64,000 nt of DNA from an uncultured Candidatus Cloacimonadota bacterium (GTDB lineage: Bacteria; Cloacimonadota; Cloacimonadia; Cloacimonadales; WRIO01). The DNA lies in NCBI GenBank assembly GCA_964573665.1, contig CAZNKI010000002.1, positions 2,767 to 66,766 of the forward strand, in the 5' to 3' direction. Numbering within the stretch: the first letter of the stretch is position 1; each line of letters starts with the position of its first letter. The position numbers and the translations under genes were made by a program. The notes under the pieces were generated by a model, which saw only the letters and a list, made by a program, of their open reading frames with translations, was not told the origin of the DNA and made no database searches. Shown here piece by piece: positions 36,092 to 45,347 of this stretch.

Positions 36092-37003
36092 TTATTTTTT
36101 AACTTGTTTTGCTTTTTTTCTGAAAGCAATCACTGTGTCTAAAACAAGTGCAGCAGCGACGAAGATTGATGAGTAAGTACCGATTAAGACACTCACAAAG
36201 AATGTGAATGCAAAGTCATGAATGACATGACCACCCCAGAATAATAATGCACCAGTAGCAAGAAGAGTAGTTAATGATGTAATTGTAGTTCTACTTAAAG
36301 TGTCATTGATACTCTTATTGAAAACGGTGAATTCATCGTCTTTTCTATAATTTTTTAATGATTCACGAATACGGTCAAAAACCACAATAGTATCATTGAT
36401 AGAATAACCGATCATCGTTAAAAGAGCGGCTAAAACAGTCATACCAATTTCAATATTGAAGATTGATAAGATACCAATTGTAATAATGGTATCGTGGAAA
36501 AGTGCTAAAGCAGCTGCGATACCCCAAGAGAAACGGAAACGAATCCAGATGTAAATCAAAATAAAGAAAATGGAAATCAATACAGCTCTAATCGCTTGGT
36601 TTCTTAACTCAAAACCTGCTTTTGGTCCAACTTCTTCTTCTTGAATTACAAAGTTACCTTTGGTAGATTCAGGGAAAGAAGATTTAAGCGCTTGTTTGAT
36701 TTTTTGTCCTGCATTTTCAGTACTTTTTGTTTTGATAATAAATGCATTAGTATTTTCATCATTAACCTGTTGGATTTCAGCTTCACTAAATCCAATACCA
36801 GAGAGAGTTTCTCTGACTTGGTTCACCTGAACATTAGGTAATTCAACTTGTAGCATCAAGCCACCAGTAAAGTCGATATTGTATTTAATGCCTTTATGAG
36901 CAATAATCGATATAACACCAACGAGAATAAATGCAAGGGAAATAGCATAAAATATTTTACGCATTCCCATAAAGTTAATGTGGGTTTCTTTAAAAAATTG
37001 CAT
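36092..37003 (-). CDS. secF: Protein translocase subunit SecF
   Basis: Six-TM SecF layout, DFTGG motif, NDTIVVFDRIRE segment. Confidence 0.95.
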   Translation of the reverse strand: MQFFKETHINFMGMRKIFYAISLAFILVGVISIIAHKGIKYNIDFTGGLMLQVELPNVQVNQVRETLSGIGFSEAEIQQVNDENTNAFIIKTKSTENAGQKIKQALKSSFPESTKGNFVIQEEEVGPKAGFELRNQAIRAVLISIFFILIYIWIRFRFSWGIAAALALFHDTIITIGILSIFNIEIGMTVLAALLTMIGYSINDTIVVFDRIRESLKNYRKDDEFTVFNKSINDTLSRTTITSLTTLLATGALLFWGGHVIHDFAFTFFVSVLIGTYSSIFVAAALVLDTVIAFRKKAKQVKK

Positions 37004-37011
37004 TTTTCCTC

Positions 37012-38628
37012 CTAAATACTCAATTTATCACGGTTTTTGTTTGTGAGAAAGTTGTCAAAGATTGCATTAGAAACGATAATCGCAGTAAACATAGAAGAGA
37101 GAATACCAATCGACAATGTGACTGCAAAACCTCTAATTGCACCTGTACCGAATTGATACAAGACAGCTGCAGTAATTAATGTAGTAATGTTTGAGTCAAG
37201 GATTGTAACTGTTGCACGAGCAAAACCGTTATCAATAGCATTGCGAACTGTTTTGCCATTTTTAAGTTCTTCTCTGATTCTTTCAAAGATAAGCACATTC
37301 GCATCAACAGCCATACCAATCGTTAAGATAATACCTGCAATACCAGGAAGAGTTAATGTAGCATTAAAGAAAGTTAAAGCTGCAAAGATGAAACCAATGT
37401 TTAATGCTAAAGCAACTGTTGCAATAATTCCTGATAACTGATAATAGATGATAATGAAAAGTACTACAAGAAGAGCACCAAGTAAACCAGCCATTAAGCC
37501 AGATTGAATACTGTCTGCACCTAAGCTAGGTCCAATAGAAGTAGTTTTTCCAATGTTGACAGGAGCAGGAAGGTTACCCGCTTTAAGAACGATAACGAGA
37601 TCGTTACATTCTTCTAAAGTAAAGTTACCTGTGATTTGAGCTTCACCACCGCGAATTTTGTCAGCGATATTTGGAGCGACATAAACTGTATTATCTAAAA
37701 CAATTGCCAATCTACGATTAATGTTTGCACCTGTAACTCTTTCAAAGATACGAGCACCTTCACGATTGAATTTTAAAGAAATATAAGGTTTATTTGCATT
37801 TTTAAAATCGCTATCACTAGAGATTCTTACTAAAGCTTCACTTAAATATTTTCCTTCAAGCTCTGTTCTATTGTAGAGGATGTAAACAGGAATATCACCA
37901 TTAGGATTTTGTTGATCTTCTTTTCCTAAAAGAATTTGGTATCCTGAAGGAATGTTGTTAGTAAAAGTGGTATCAGCAAGAAGTTTTTTGAAATCTTCTT
38001 TAAAAGATTGAGATACAGTAAAAGGATCAGTACCAGAATTAATAATGCTAGTAAAGTATTTATCTTTTTCACTAATTCCGAGTGAATCAGTTGCAAGACT
38101 ATCTTTTTTAGTTTTTAATAAAGGATCTTTAGGACTGTCAACAGATTTAAGATCTTGGAAATCTGCATATTTGTCTAAATTTTTAAACAAATATTCATCT
38201 AATCTGTCAACGATTCTTTTTGTTTCTTCATCAGCAGCAAGCAGTTTGAATTCTAAGAGTGCTGTTTTTCCAATTAAATCTTTTGCTCTTTCAGAGTCTT
38301 TTAAACCAGGTAACTGGATAACGATTTTGTTTTCGCCAACTTGTTGGATAGAAGGTTCAGCGACACCAAAATAGTCCACGCGGTTTCTGATTACTTCAAG
38401 TGCAGTTTTTACAGCACTTTCTTTGTCTTTTTGAGCGACATTTGTTAAGTCAACATACAAATCAATTTGTGACCCACCTTGAAGATCAAGGCCTAATTTT
38501 AAGTTTTCAGGCCAGACTGATTCTGGGATGAAAGCTGGTCTTTCTTTGATAAGTAAAGGAGACAAATAGTAAAGTGTTACTAAAATAAAAATAACAATGA
38601 CTATTGCACGATACTTTGATTTTTTCAT
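37012..38628 (-). CDS. secD: Protein translocase subunit SecD
   Basis: LGLDLQGG motif, large periplasmic domain, C-terminal six TM with VDANVLIFERIREE. Confidence 0.95.
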   Translation of the reverse strand: MKKSKYRAIVIVIFILVTLYYLSPLLIKERPAFIPESVWPENLKLGLDLQGGSQIDLYVDLTNVAQKDKESAVKTALEVIRNRVDYFGVAEPSIQQVGENKIVIQLPGLKDSERAKDLIGKTALLEFKLLAADEETKRIVDRLDEYLFKNLDKYADFQDLKSVDSPKDPLLKTKKDSLATDSLGISEKDKYFTSIINSGTDPFTVSQSFKEDFKKLLADTTFTNNIPSGYQILLGKEDQQNPNGDIPVYILYNRTELEGKYLSEALVRISSDSDFKNANKPYISLKFNREGARIFERVTGANINRRLAIVLDNTVYVAPNIADKIRGGEAQITGNFTLEECNDLVIVLKAGNLPAPVNIGKTTSIGPSLGADSIQSGLMAGLLGALLVVLFIIIYYQLSGIIATVALALNIGFIFAALTFFNATLTLPGIAGIILTIGMAVDANVLIFERIREELKNGKTVRNAIDNGFARATVTILDSNITTLITAAVLYQFGTGAIRGFAVTLSIGILSSMFTAIIVSNAIFDNFLTNKNRDKLSI

Positions 38629-38703
38629 TCGAGCTCAACTCCCTTTATTTATTCATTATTTATGGATTTCCTTGAAAGGATTGATTCTGCTCCATTTTGA
38701 GTC

Positions 38704-38754
38704 ATAATAATCTATTAAAACTCAAAGTACAAATTTGAAATAATAATCTATTAA
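38704..38754. repeat. 15-bp perfect direct repeat ATAATAATCTATTAA x2 upstream of secD
   Basis: Copies at 38704-38718 and 38740-38754 (36-nt period). The first copy is flanked by the inverted repeat TTTGAGT / ACTCAAA. Confidence 0.8.
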
Positions 38755-38827
38755 GTCAAGGTTTTTATGATATTTTATTTATTTTTTACAAGGCAATGAT
38801 TTTATTCTAAATAAGAAGTGAAAATTA

Positions 38828-39586
38828 TTAGATAAGCGAGAAACTTTTAAGGATTTTGTATTGAATATATGCGAGCTTATTAATGAGGTTTGAATCGTTT
38901 TTACAGAATAATTTAATCATCTCATGTGACTGGCGATAGACATCAATAATAGATGAAGAATGATCAAATAATTTTAACTCAATATCTGTTTCGATAAGGA
39001 GTTTGTTATTGTCAATGAGATACTCAGCGATAAGAAGGGCATTTTTTTTATTAAGAAACTTATAATTAATAGAGAAAACAATATTCAAGTCTTTAAAAAG
39101 GCTTATTTGATCGATCGTCGCATTGAATCCATGAATATAGCCAAACAAATCCGGGTAATATGTTTTACAAAGAGATGAAAGCTGATCATAAGATTTTACA
39201 CAGTGAAAAACCACAGGTAAGTGATATTTTTTTGCTAAAAGTAATTGTTCTATTAATAACTCTTCCTGTTCTTTGAGATTATCAAATCTTTTATCAATGC
39301 CAATTTCACCAATCGCTTTAATTGACTTTGTTTGACATAGATTGTCAAGATCATCAATATCAAAATCCTGTTGCTTGAACAGATAAGGATGGAGTCCAGC
39401 AGAGAAGGATTGTTTTAATGGCGTTACCTGATATTGTAAATCTTCTTTCATTAAAACAGAATTCATGAAAAATCTGAATCCTAATACGCTGAGCTGATCC
39501 CAGAGAAATGGGTCATTTTTGAATAAGTGATTATTCAAATGACAATGTGCATCGCAGAAGAAGTATTTTTCTGTGGGCATTTCCAA
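38828..39586 (-). CDS. TatD-family metal-dependent hydrolase
   Basis: N-terminal HxH (CDAHCHL), EIGID and VFHC motifs. Confidence 0.75.
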   Translation of the reverse strand: MEMPTEKYFFCDAHCHLNNHLFKNDPFLWDQLSVLGFRFFMNSVLMKEDLQYQVTPLKQSFSAGLHPYLFKQQDFDIDDLDNLCQTKSIKAIGEIGIDKRFDNLKEQEELLIEQLLLAKKYHLPVVFHCVKSYDQLSSLCKTYYPDLFGYIHGFNATIDQISLFKDLNIVFSINYKFLNKKNALLIAEYLIDNNKLLIETDIELKLFDHSSSIIDVYRQSHEMIKLFCKNDSNLINKLAYIQYKILKSFSLI

Positions 39587-40336
39587 CTAAAGCTTGATCT
39601 CTTCAATAAACTTTGATTTCTTTAAATATTCTTTGATCATAATTAAATCAGGATGAAAGTCTAGTTCGCCCCAATCATCTTTGTCACATAAAGAGTAGTT
39701 AACAGGATAACCTTTGTTGATGATCTCTTGAATGGCTCTGAGATAAAAGGCGTTTTTATTCTCTTCTTTTCTGACCATTTCTTCGAGGATATTTTTATAA
39801 ATAGTTGGTCCCATTCCTGAAAACTTAATAATGCCAACAGATTCTGCATTTGCCTGGTCAGAAGGGATTGTTTTGCTGACTTCCAATACATGATTATCTT
39901 GTTTAATCACTTTCATGTCATCTTCATCATATTCTGGTTTTTCATTAATGACCATTGTGATATTGCTTTTAGATTTTAAGAGGTTTTCAATTACGATAGG
40001 TTTGAATATATCATCACCATTAATAGAAATGAAATCCTGATCCATAAATTGTCTTGCCATCCATACTGAAATAAGGTTGTTGGAACAATCATAGAAGGGG
40101 TTATAAACTGTCGTTATGTTAAAATCCTCTTTATAATTATGAATTTTTGCTTCGATCTGTTCTGCTCGATAACCAACAATAATGCAGATGTCTTTGATAT
40201 TGTTTTCTTTTAAACTATGCAATTGAGATTCAAGAAGAGTCATCCCATTTCCGATTTCTAACAAACTTTTGGGAGTGTTTTTTGTAAGAGGATAAAGGCG
40301 GGTGCCTTTTCCAGCTGCAATAATTATAGCTCTCAT
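39587..40336 (-). CDS. Sugar/alcohol-phosphate nucleotidyltransferase (LicC-like cytidylyltransferase candidate)
   Basis: N-terminal AAGKGTRL.PLT...PK nucleotide-binding loop, ~250 aa, adjacent to a LicD-family gene. The substrate is not determinable from sequence. Confidence 0.6.
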   Translation of the reverse strand: MRAIIIAAGKGTRLYPLTKNTPKSLLEIGNGMTLLESQLHSLKENNIKDICIIVGYRAEQIEAKIHNYKEDFNITTVYNPFYDCSNNLISVWMARQFMDQDFISINGDDIFKPIVIENLLKSKSNITMVINEKPEYDEDDMKVIKQDNHVLEVSKTIPSDQANAESVGIIKFSGMGPTIYKNILEEMVRKEENKNAFYLRAIQEIINKGYPVNYSLCDKDDWGELDFHPDLIMIKEYLKKSKFIEEIKL

Positions 40337-40354
40337 CTCATTCTCCTTCTTGTA

Positions 40355-40948
40355 TTATGAGTTAATGATTGCATGATCATCTTTTTTGTAATGATAATCT
40401 TTTTGAACTTGTTTCCAATCTCCATATCGATAGGTTAAGTAATCTTCGAATTTTTCAGGGACAAGATAATCATATCCATTGAAATGAACTCTTGTTCTAT
40501 TCTCATAAAAATGTGCAGGAACCGATTTAAGCACAGGGTCTTTTTCATCGACAATCCAAAAGTATTTTTCTTTATCTTTTATTTTGATGAATATATCTAA
40601 GAGATTATATTCTTTAATGAAACAACGAGTGGTTTGGATTTTCATTAAGCGAATACTCTTTTTTGGGAAATAGGGAATATCAGATTTTGATGTTCTGATT
40701 CGTGTTCTGTATCCAATTAACCAGAATTTGTATCGTATTTTTATTAACTGATCAAGATACTCTTCTGTGATGGTAATGTCCATATCGTTATCCCAAGGCA
40801 GTAATCTGTTCTCTCTTATGATTCCGAGTAAGGTGCCACCTTCTAAAGTATATGGGATGTTGTTTTGATCAAGAATCCGACAAACTTTTTCTAAGAGAAT
40901 TAATGCTTTTTCAGCTATCTTACCTGTAAGTTTTAAATGACCAGCCAT
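40355..40948 (-). CDS. licD: LicD-family phosphotransferase (phosphocholine/phospho-alcohol transferase)
   Basis: LEGGTLLGIIRE....PWDNDMD motif characteristic of LicD. Confidence 0.75.
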   Translation of the reverse strand: MAGHLKLTGKIAEKALILLEKVCRILDQNNIPYTLEGGTLLGIIRENRLLPWDNDMDITITEEYLDQLIKIRYKFWLIGYRTRIRTSKSDIPYFPKKSIRLMKIQTTRCFIKEYNLLDIFIKIKDKEKYFWIVDEKDPVLKSVPAHFYENRTRVHFNGYDYLVPEKFEDYLTYRYGDWKQVQKDYHYKKDDHAIINS

Positions 40949-42003
40949 TATTTAAGGTATCCTTTTCTAAACGTTTCATGAAAGAGTATTCTCATTTTTC
41001 TGAATAAATTTAAAGGTTTTTTCTTTCCTTTAAGTTCGTTATTGATGATGATTTGTTTTAAAGCGATAAAAATGTTGTTAGATATTTCGCCATTTAAATA
41101 GGGATTGACTTCTTTTAGATGTCTTAGTCTCTGCTCATGATGTTCAGATGGATTGTTTAATGCTCTATCAATCGCAGGCCTTAATTGGTCAGGAGATTGA
41201 ATATCAATTCCTTTATCTTTTCTTTTACTTGTATTATAGGTGATTACAGGCTTGTCAAGTGCCATAAACTCATAGATGACAGATGAAGTGTCAGATATCA
41301 TCAGATCAGCAATATGAAGATATGGGGTGATGTCATTATCAGAGATGATCCTGATTTGATCTGGTTTTTTGCCTTGAATTTGATGAATAAACTGAGTATC
41401 TTTTATTTCATGAAATTTAACTAGCCATAATTCATTTTCCTGAATGATATCAGGAATTACAGGTAATAAGGCATCTGCTGATTGAAGTTTATTGCTAAAA
41501 GTTGGGGCGTAGAGTATAATTTTTTTTCCCTGTGTAATGTGATATCTTTCTTTGATATTTGAAGTATTAAACTTCATAATATAATCCATTTTAGCCCATC
41601 CTGTTTCTTTTACAAGGAAGTATCTATATTTGTTTTGTAATTCCTGAAACTTTTGAGTGACGATTGGACCAGAAGTCATGTAAACATCAAAGAAATGTCG
41701 AATTTGATAATGAGAATTTTTTTCAATGCCAATCCCATGAAAGATTTCTACTTTAATGCCAGGAAGCCTGAAATCAATATAATTTCCTGGTGTGAGACAG
41801 AAATCAGGATTATACTTGATGCCTTCAGATATATGAGTGATTATAGATTTATTTTTCCAGTAATCAGTATCTAGGATTTTTTTTTTTACTTTCTCAGATA
41901 CAAAGAGAATATAACTGTCCTCTGTTTGATGATCAAGGTACTCACATAAAGGTTGAATTATTGGTAGAGAGTATAATTTTGCAATGTAAAAGAGGTATTT
42001 CAT
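40948..42003 (-). CDS. CDP-glycerol glycerophosphotransferase family protein (TagB/TagF-like)
   Basis: LYAPTF motif and DTSSVIYEFMALDKPVI motif. Confidence 0.75.
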   Translation of the reverse strand: MKYLFYIAKLYSLPIIQPLCEYLDHQTEDSYILFVSEKVKKKILDTDYWKNKSIITHISEGIKYNPDFCLTPGNYIDFRLPGIKVEIFHGIGIEKNSHYQIRHFFDVYMTSGPIVTQKFQELQNKYRYFLVKETGWAKMDYIMKFNTSNIKERYHITQGKKIILYAPTFSNKLQSADALLPVIPDIIQENELWLVKFHEIKDTQFIHQIQGKKPDQIRIISDNDITPYLHIADLMISDTSSVIYEFMALDKPVITYNTSKRKDKGIDIQSPDQLRPAIDRALNNPSEHHEQRLRHLKEVNPYLNGEISNNIFIALKQIIINNELKGKKKPLNLFRKMRILFHETFRKGYLK

Positions 42004-42009
42004 AATTAC

Positions 42010-43047
42010 TTAATTAAAACATACTTGTTTGGTTAGAAGAAGTTCATCAATTTTTTCAATAACATCCTCAGGAGAAATGCCGAATGAATTGTCATGTTGA
42101 GAAGGGAATCCCTCTTTATATAAATGATGATGATGATTGAATACGCTAGCTGGAGACCATTTAAGTGGATTTGTTACCCCAAATATTGCTATAGTTTGTG
42201 TGTTAGAGACACATGAAAAATGATTTATACCCCCATCGTTACAAATTAATAAACTTGCTTTTTCTAACAAAGCTACAGCTTCATTCAAATCTGTATCTAT
42301 CGCAAGAATAAGCTTATGCTTAGCAACTTGTTGAACATATTTGCAATCTTCTAATTCACTTTTAGCCCATAAAAGAATTACAGGTACATTGTATTTTTCT
42401 TGAATTAAATCATTAAGCTTTGCGTAGTGTTCAAGTTTCCATTGTTTTGATTGTTTTCTATTTGGAGATCCTGGAGAAAATACAACAAAAGGTTTATTTT
42501 GTAAATTATATTGATCCAAAAATTCAGCGACTTTCTTTCTCGAACTATCTTTAATTTGGTAATAAAATCGCCATTTTTCTTCAGATATACCAAGATCTTT
42601 TAACAAATCAAATCTCATACTGGGACTATATCTTTTTTGGCCTCTACTCATTTTGATATTATAAACAAATGAGTATTGACCATGATTATATCCGATACGA
42701 TATGGAGCTCTGCTAAAAAATGTAACCTGTTGTGAGCCTGGATTATTCTGTTGATCAATGACTAAATCAAACTTTTCTTTATAAATTTGGAAGAACAATT
42801 TAAATCTATCAATAATATATTTTAATCCTTTAGAATTGCTGGTTGTAATAATACGATCAATAAAAGGATGGTCAGCAACTGTAATCTGGAATGGATGTTT
42901 TGTTAAATAGCAAATTTCTGCATGAGGGATTTTATTTTTTATTGCTTCAAAGATTGCAGAACAGAGAAAGACATCTCCGAATGGCCTAAATTGAATGATC
43001 AAGACTTTGTTGATTTGGTTAAGGTTTATTTTTTTATTCGAAGACAT
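42010..43047 (-). CDS. Glycosyltransferase family 9 (LPS heptosyltransferase-like)
   Basis: KVLIIQFRPFGDV N-terminus and CNDGGINHFS C-terminal motif typical of GT9. Confidence 0.8.
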   Translation of the reverse strand: MSSNKKINLNQINKVLIIQFRPFGDVFLCSAIFEAIKNKIPHAEICYLTKHPFQITVADHPFIDRIITTSNSKGLKYIIDRFKLFFQIYKEKFDLVIDQQNNPGSQQVTFFSRAPYRIGYNHGQYSFVYNIKMSRGQKRYSPSMRFDLLKDLGISEEKWRFYYQIKDSSRKKVAEFLDQYNLQNKPFVVFSPGSPNRKQSKQWKLEHYAKLNDLIQEKYNVPVILLWAKSELEDCKYVQQVAKHKLILAIDTDLNEAVALLEKASLLICNDGGINHFSCVSNTQTIAIFGVTNPLKWSPASVFNHHHHLYKEGFPSQHDNSFGISPEDVIEKIDELLLTKQVCFN

Positions 43048-43094
43048 AATAATCCTTTAAATTTTTTTCAAATTTAAATGAGTAAGAAATTACG

Positions 43095-44147
43095 TCAATC
43101 TCTTTTTAATTCGGGTAAAAATGATGTTATGATATTCGCTGCTCGTAATCCAGCTTTGCCATCCAAAGCATGAAACATAATTTGATTTGCCTTATTACGT
43201 TGAATTGCTTTTTCTTGAAAGTTTTGTATTACATAGGGAAGTAATTGTACTAATTCTTGAAAATTAGAAACTTTCCAGGAAATATTGTTAATTAAATCTT
43301 CAATTTCTTTTAAACTTCTTTTTGCATTTGGGACTGTAAATGTGATTATTGCTTTATCTAAAGCACATGCTTCAGCGATAATTGAACTAGTGTCTCCAAT
43401 AATGCAATCCGCTATCATTAAATAAGGAACGATATCTGCAGACTTGATAAAATGTATATTTGGTGAATTTTCTAATATTTCAATGAATTTTTTTGATGTC
43501 CAAGGATGAACAGTAACTAATACATTGTAAATTTTTGTCAATAAGGATAAATCATAAATCCATTTGTCGATAGCAGACATTCCAGATTTATCCCAAGTTG
43601 CTGTGAAAATTATGCAGGGCAATTCTTTATTTAACTTTAATGAATGTTTCAGAGATTCAAGAAAAGCGTTATTGTATGTGCCGTCAAAGGCTGGATCTAA
43701 CTTTGGGTATCCAATAGAGACACATGTATGAATGCCAATTTCTTTTGCTAATTCAACTTCATATGGGCTTGTAACAAAGAATTTTGTGAAAGCGTTATAG
43801 TTTTGAGGATTAGAGAACTTTTTGAAATGGTATGCTCCATGTCTAAATCCAAATTTCAGTATTTTGTTTTCTGGAAATTTAAAACAAGCATGTCTGCACA
43901 TGAAAACAGCTTTCGGAAAAGAGGGATACACTTTGGAAACAATCGAATTCGATTCAAGTATTTTTGCTACTTTGTTATTTTTTGCAAGTACTGGGATTAC
44001 ATTTAAATGTTTTTGAATTTGATTAAAAATAACTACATCTAGCATATCTGAGCAATAAAATACAGATGTTTGATTTTTTAAAAGTGAATTATTGAGAAAC
44101 CAGAATAATTTGTATGGAAATTTTAGCAAATAATAGGAAAGAACCAT
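43095..44147 (-). CDS. CDP-glycerol glycerophosphotransferase-like protein (second TagB/TagF-like paralog)
   Basis: IGDTSSIIAEACALDKAII motif and overall similarity of layout to 40948-42003. Confidence 0.6.
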   Translation of the reverse strand: MVLSYYLLKFPYKLFWFLNNSLLKNQTSVFYCSDMLDVVIFNQIQKHLNVIPVLAKNNKVAKILESNSIVSKVYPSFPKAVFMCRHACFKFPENKILKFGFRHGAYHFKKFSNPQNYNAFTKFFVTSPYEVELAKEIGIHTCVSIGYPKLDPAFDGTYNNAFLESLKHSLKLNKELPCIIFTATWDKSGMSAIDKWIYDLSLLTKIYNVLVTVHPWTSKKFIEILENSPNIHFIKSADIVPYLMIADCIIGDTSSIIAEACALDKAIITFTVPNAKRSLKEIEDLINNISWKVSNFQELVQLLPYVIQNFQEKAIQRNKANQIMFHALDGKAGLRAANIITSFLPELKRD

Positions 44148-44196
44148 ATTGCCTCAGACGAAGATGATTTTATTGATAGAAAACAAGAAGAGAAAA

Positions 44197-44577
44197 TTAA
44201 ATTTTGTAATCCACATATTCTTTTTCTTCAAATAAGTCAGAACCGGAAATAGTATTGATTTCTCTTTTTACATCTGCTCTTTCATCATTAGTGAAATATA
44301 CAGATCGAGCAAGCGTAATAAAGTCCGCATCAAATTCTCTTTTAGATTCTTTAATTCTTAATTGATCTTCAATTTCCCATAGTTTGAGATTAATTTGGTA
44401 GAGTTGAACAAATAAGGGATTTAATTCATCAACCTTGATTAAGTTCATAAAGCGACTTAATAAGTCATATTCTTTTTGAATATTGATAAGCTTATCTGGA
44501 TTTTTTATTTTTTCTAATTTAATTTTTAAGATGGTGATTTTATCAATAATTTCGCCATTTGATACTTCGATTTGCAT
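44197..44577 (-). CDS. Small coiled-coil protein of unknown function, first gene of the glycan operon
   Basis: AAGGAG lies 6 nt upstream of the ATG at 44577 (MQIEVSNGEIIDKITILKIK...); the ORF-track start at 44598 is less likely. I recognise no motif. Confidence 0.45.
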   Translation of the reverse strand: MQIEVSNGEIIDKITILKIKLEKIKNPDKLINIQKEYDLLSRFMNLIKVDELNPLFVQLYQINLKLWEIEDQLRIKESKREFDADFITLARSVYFTNDERADVKREINTISGSDLFEEKEYVDYKI

Positions 44578-44723
44578 ATTGTACTCCTTTTGCATCAAAC
44601 TAAATCAATGAGAAATTTCGTCAAATACTTTTTTTAAATGTGTACAATGATTCCTATTATCGAAAGCGATAAATTTGGAATCAAAAAAAAGAAAAAAATA
44701 TCTTGCTCAAAACAAGACTATTA

Positions 44724-44745
44724 TATTATTGACTAATCAATAATA
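44724..44745. promoter_or_regulatory. Candidate PadR operator: 9-bp perfect inverted repeat TATTATTGA-ctaa-TCAATAATA
   Basis: Arms at 44724-44732 and 44737-44745, 24 nt upstream of the padR start; contains TTGACT. Confidence 0.5.
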
Positions 44746-44768
44746 GAATAATAAAGAAAGGAGTAGTT

Positions 44769-45347
44769 ATGTCAAAGGTACATTTAACTGTGTTGGGATT
44801 TATAAATTATAAATCATCACATGGTTATGAAATATTGAATACAATAAAAACAAGAAAAATGGATGTATGGGCAGGGATTAAAACTCCTTCTGTGTACAAT
44901 GCATTACAATGGTTGGAGAATAAATCGTACATCATTGGAGAAACTCAAATTGAAGGGAATAATCCTCCAAAGAAAGTATATTCATTAACATTAGCAGGGA
45001 AAAAATACCTTAAGGAACTTGTTATAAGTTATTTGCGAGAAGACAGTGTAGGTGTTGATTATTGGTTAGCATTATCATTTTCGTACCGAACAATGACTAA
45101 TGAACAATTCATTAACTTGATGATATCTCGTCTTGATCATCTGAAAGAGCATGTATCATGTGATAAAGAGATAATCAACAGAATAGAAAGACAATATCAA
45201 GATCAAGAGCTTCCTTTTATTCATAAACATTTAATGAAAATGGGGGCGAGTGTTCATGAAGTTGAGATTGATTTAATCAATGATATCATCAAAGAAGCCA
45301 AAGAAGAAAAAAACCAGAACTATTTTTTAAAGGATGGAGATATATGA
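44769..45347 (+). CDS. PadR family transcriptional regulator
   Basis: N-terminal winged HTH (HGYEILNTIK....W.....PSVYNALQWLE). Confidence 0.8.
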   Translation: MSKVHLTVLGFINYKSSHGYEILNTIKTRKMDVWAGIKTPSVYNALQWLENKSYIIGETQIEGNNPPKKVYSLTLAGKKYLKELVISYLREDSVGVDYWLALSFSYRTMTNEQFINLMISRLDHLKEHVSCDKEIINRIERQYQDQELPFIHKHLMKMGASVHEVEIDLINDIIKEAKEEKNQNYFLKDGDI

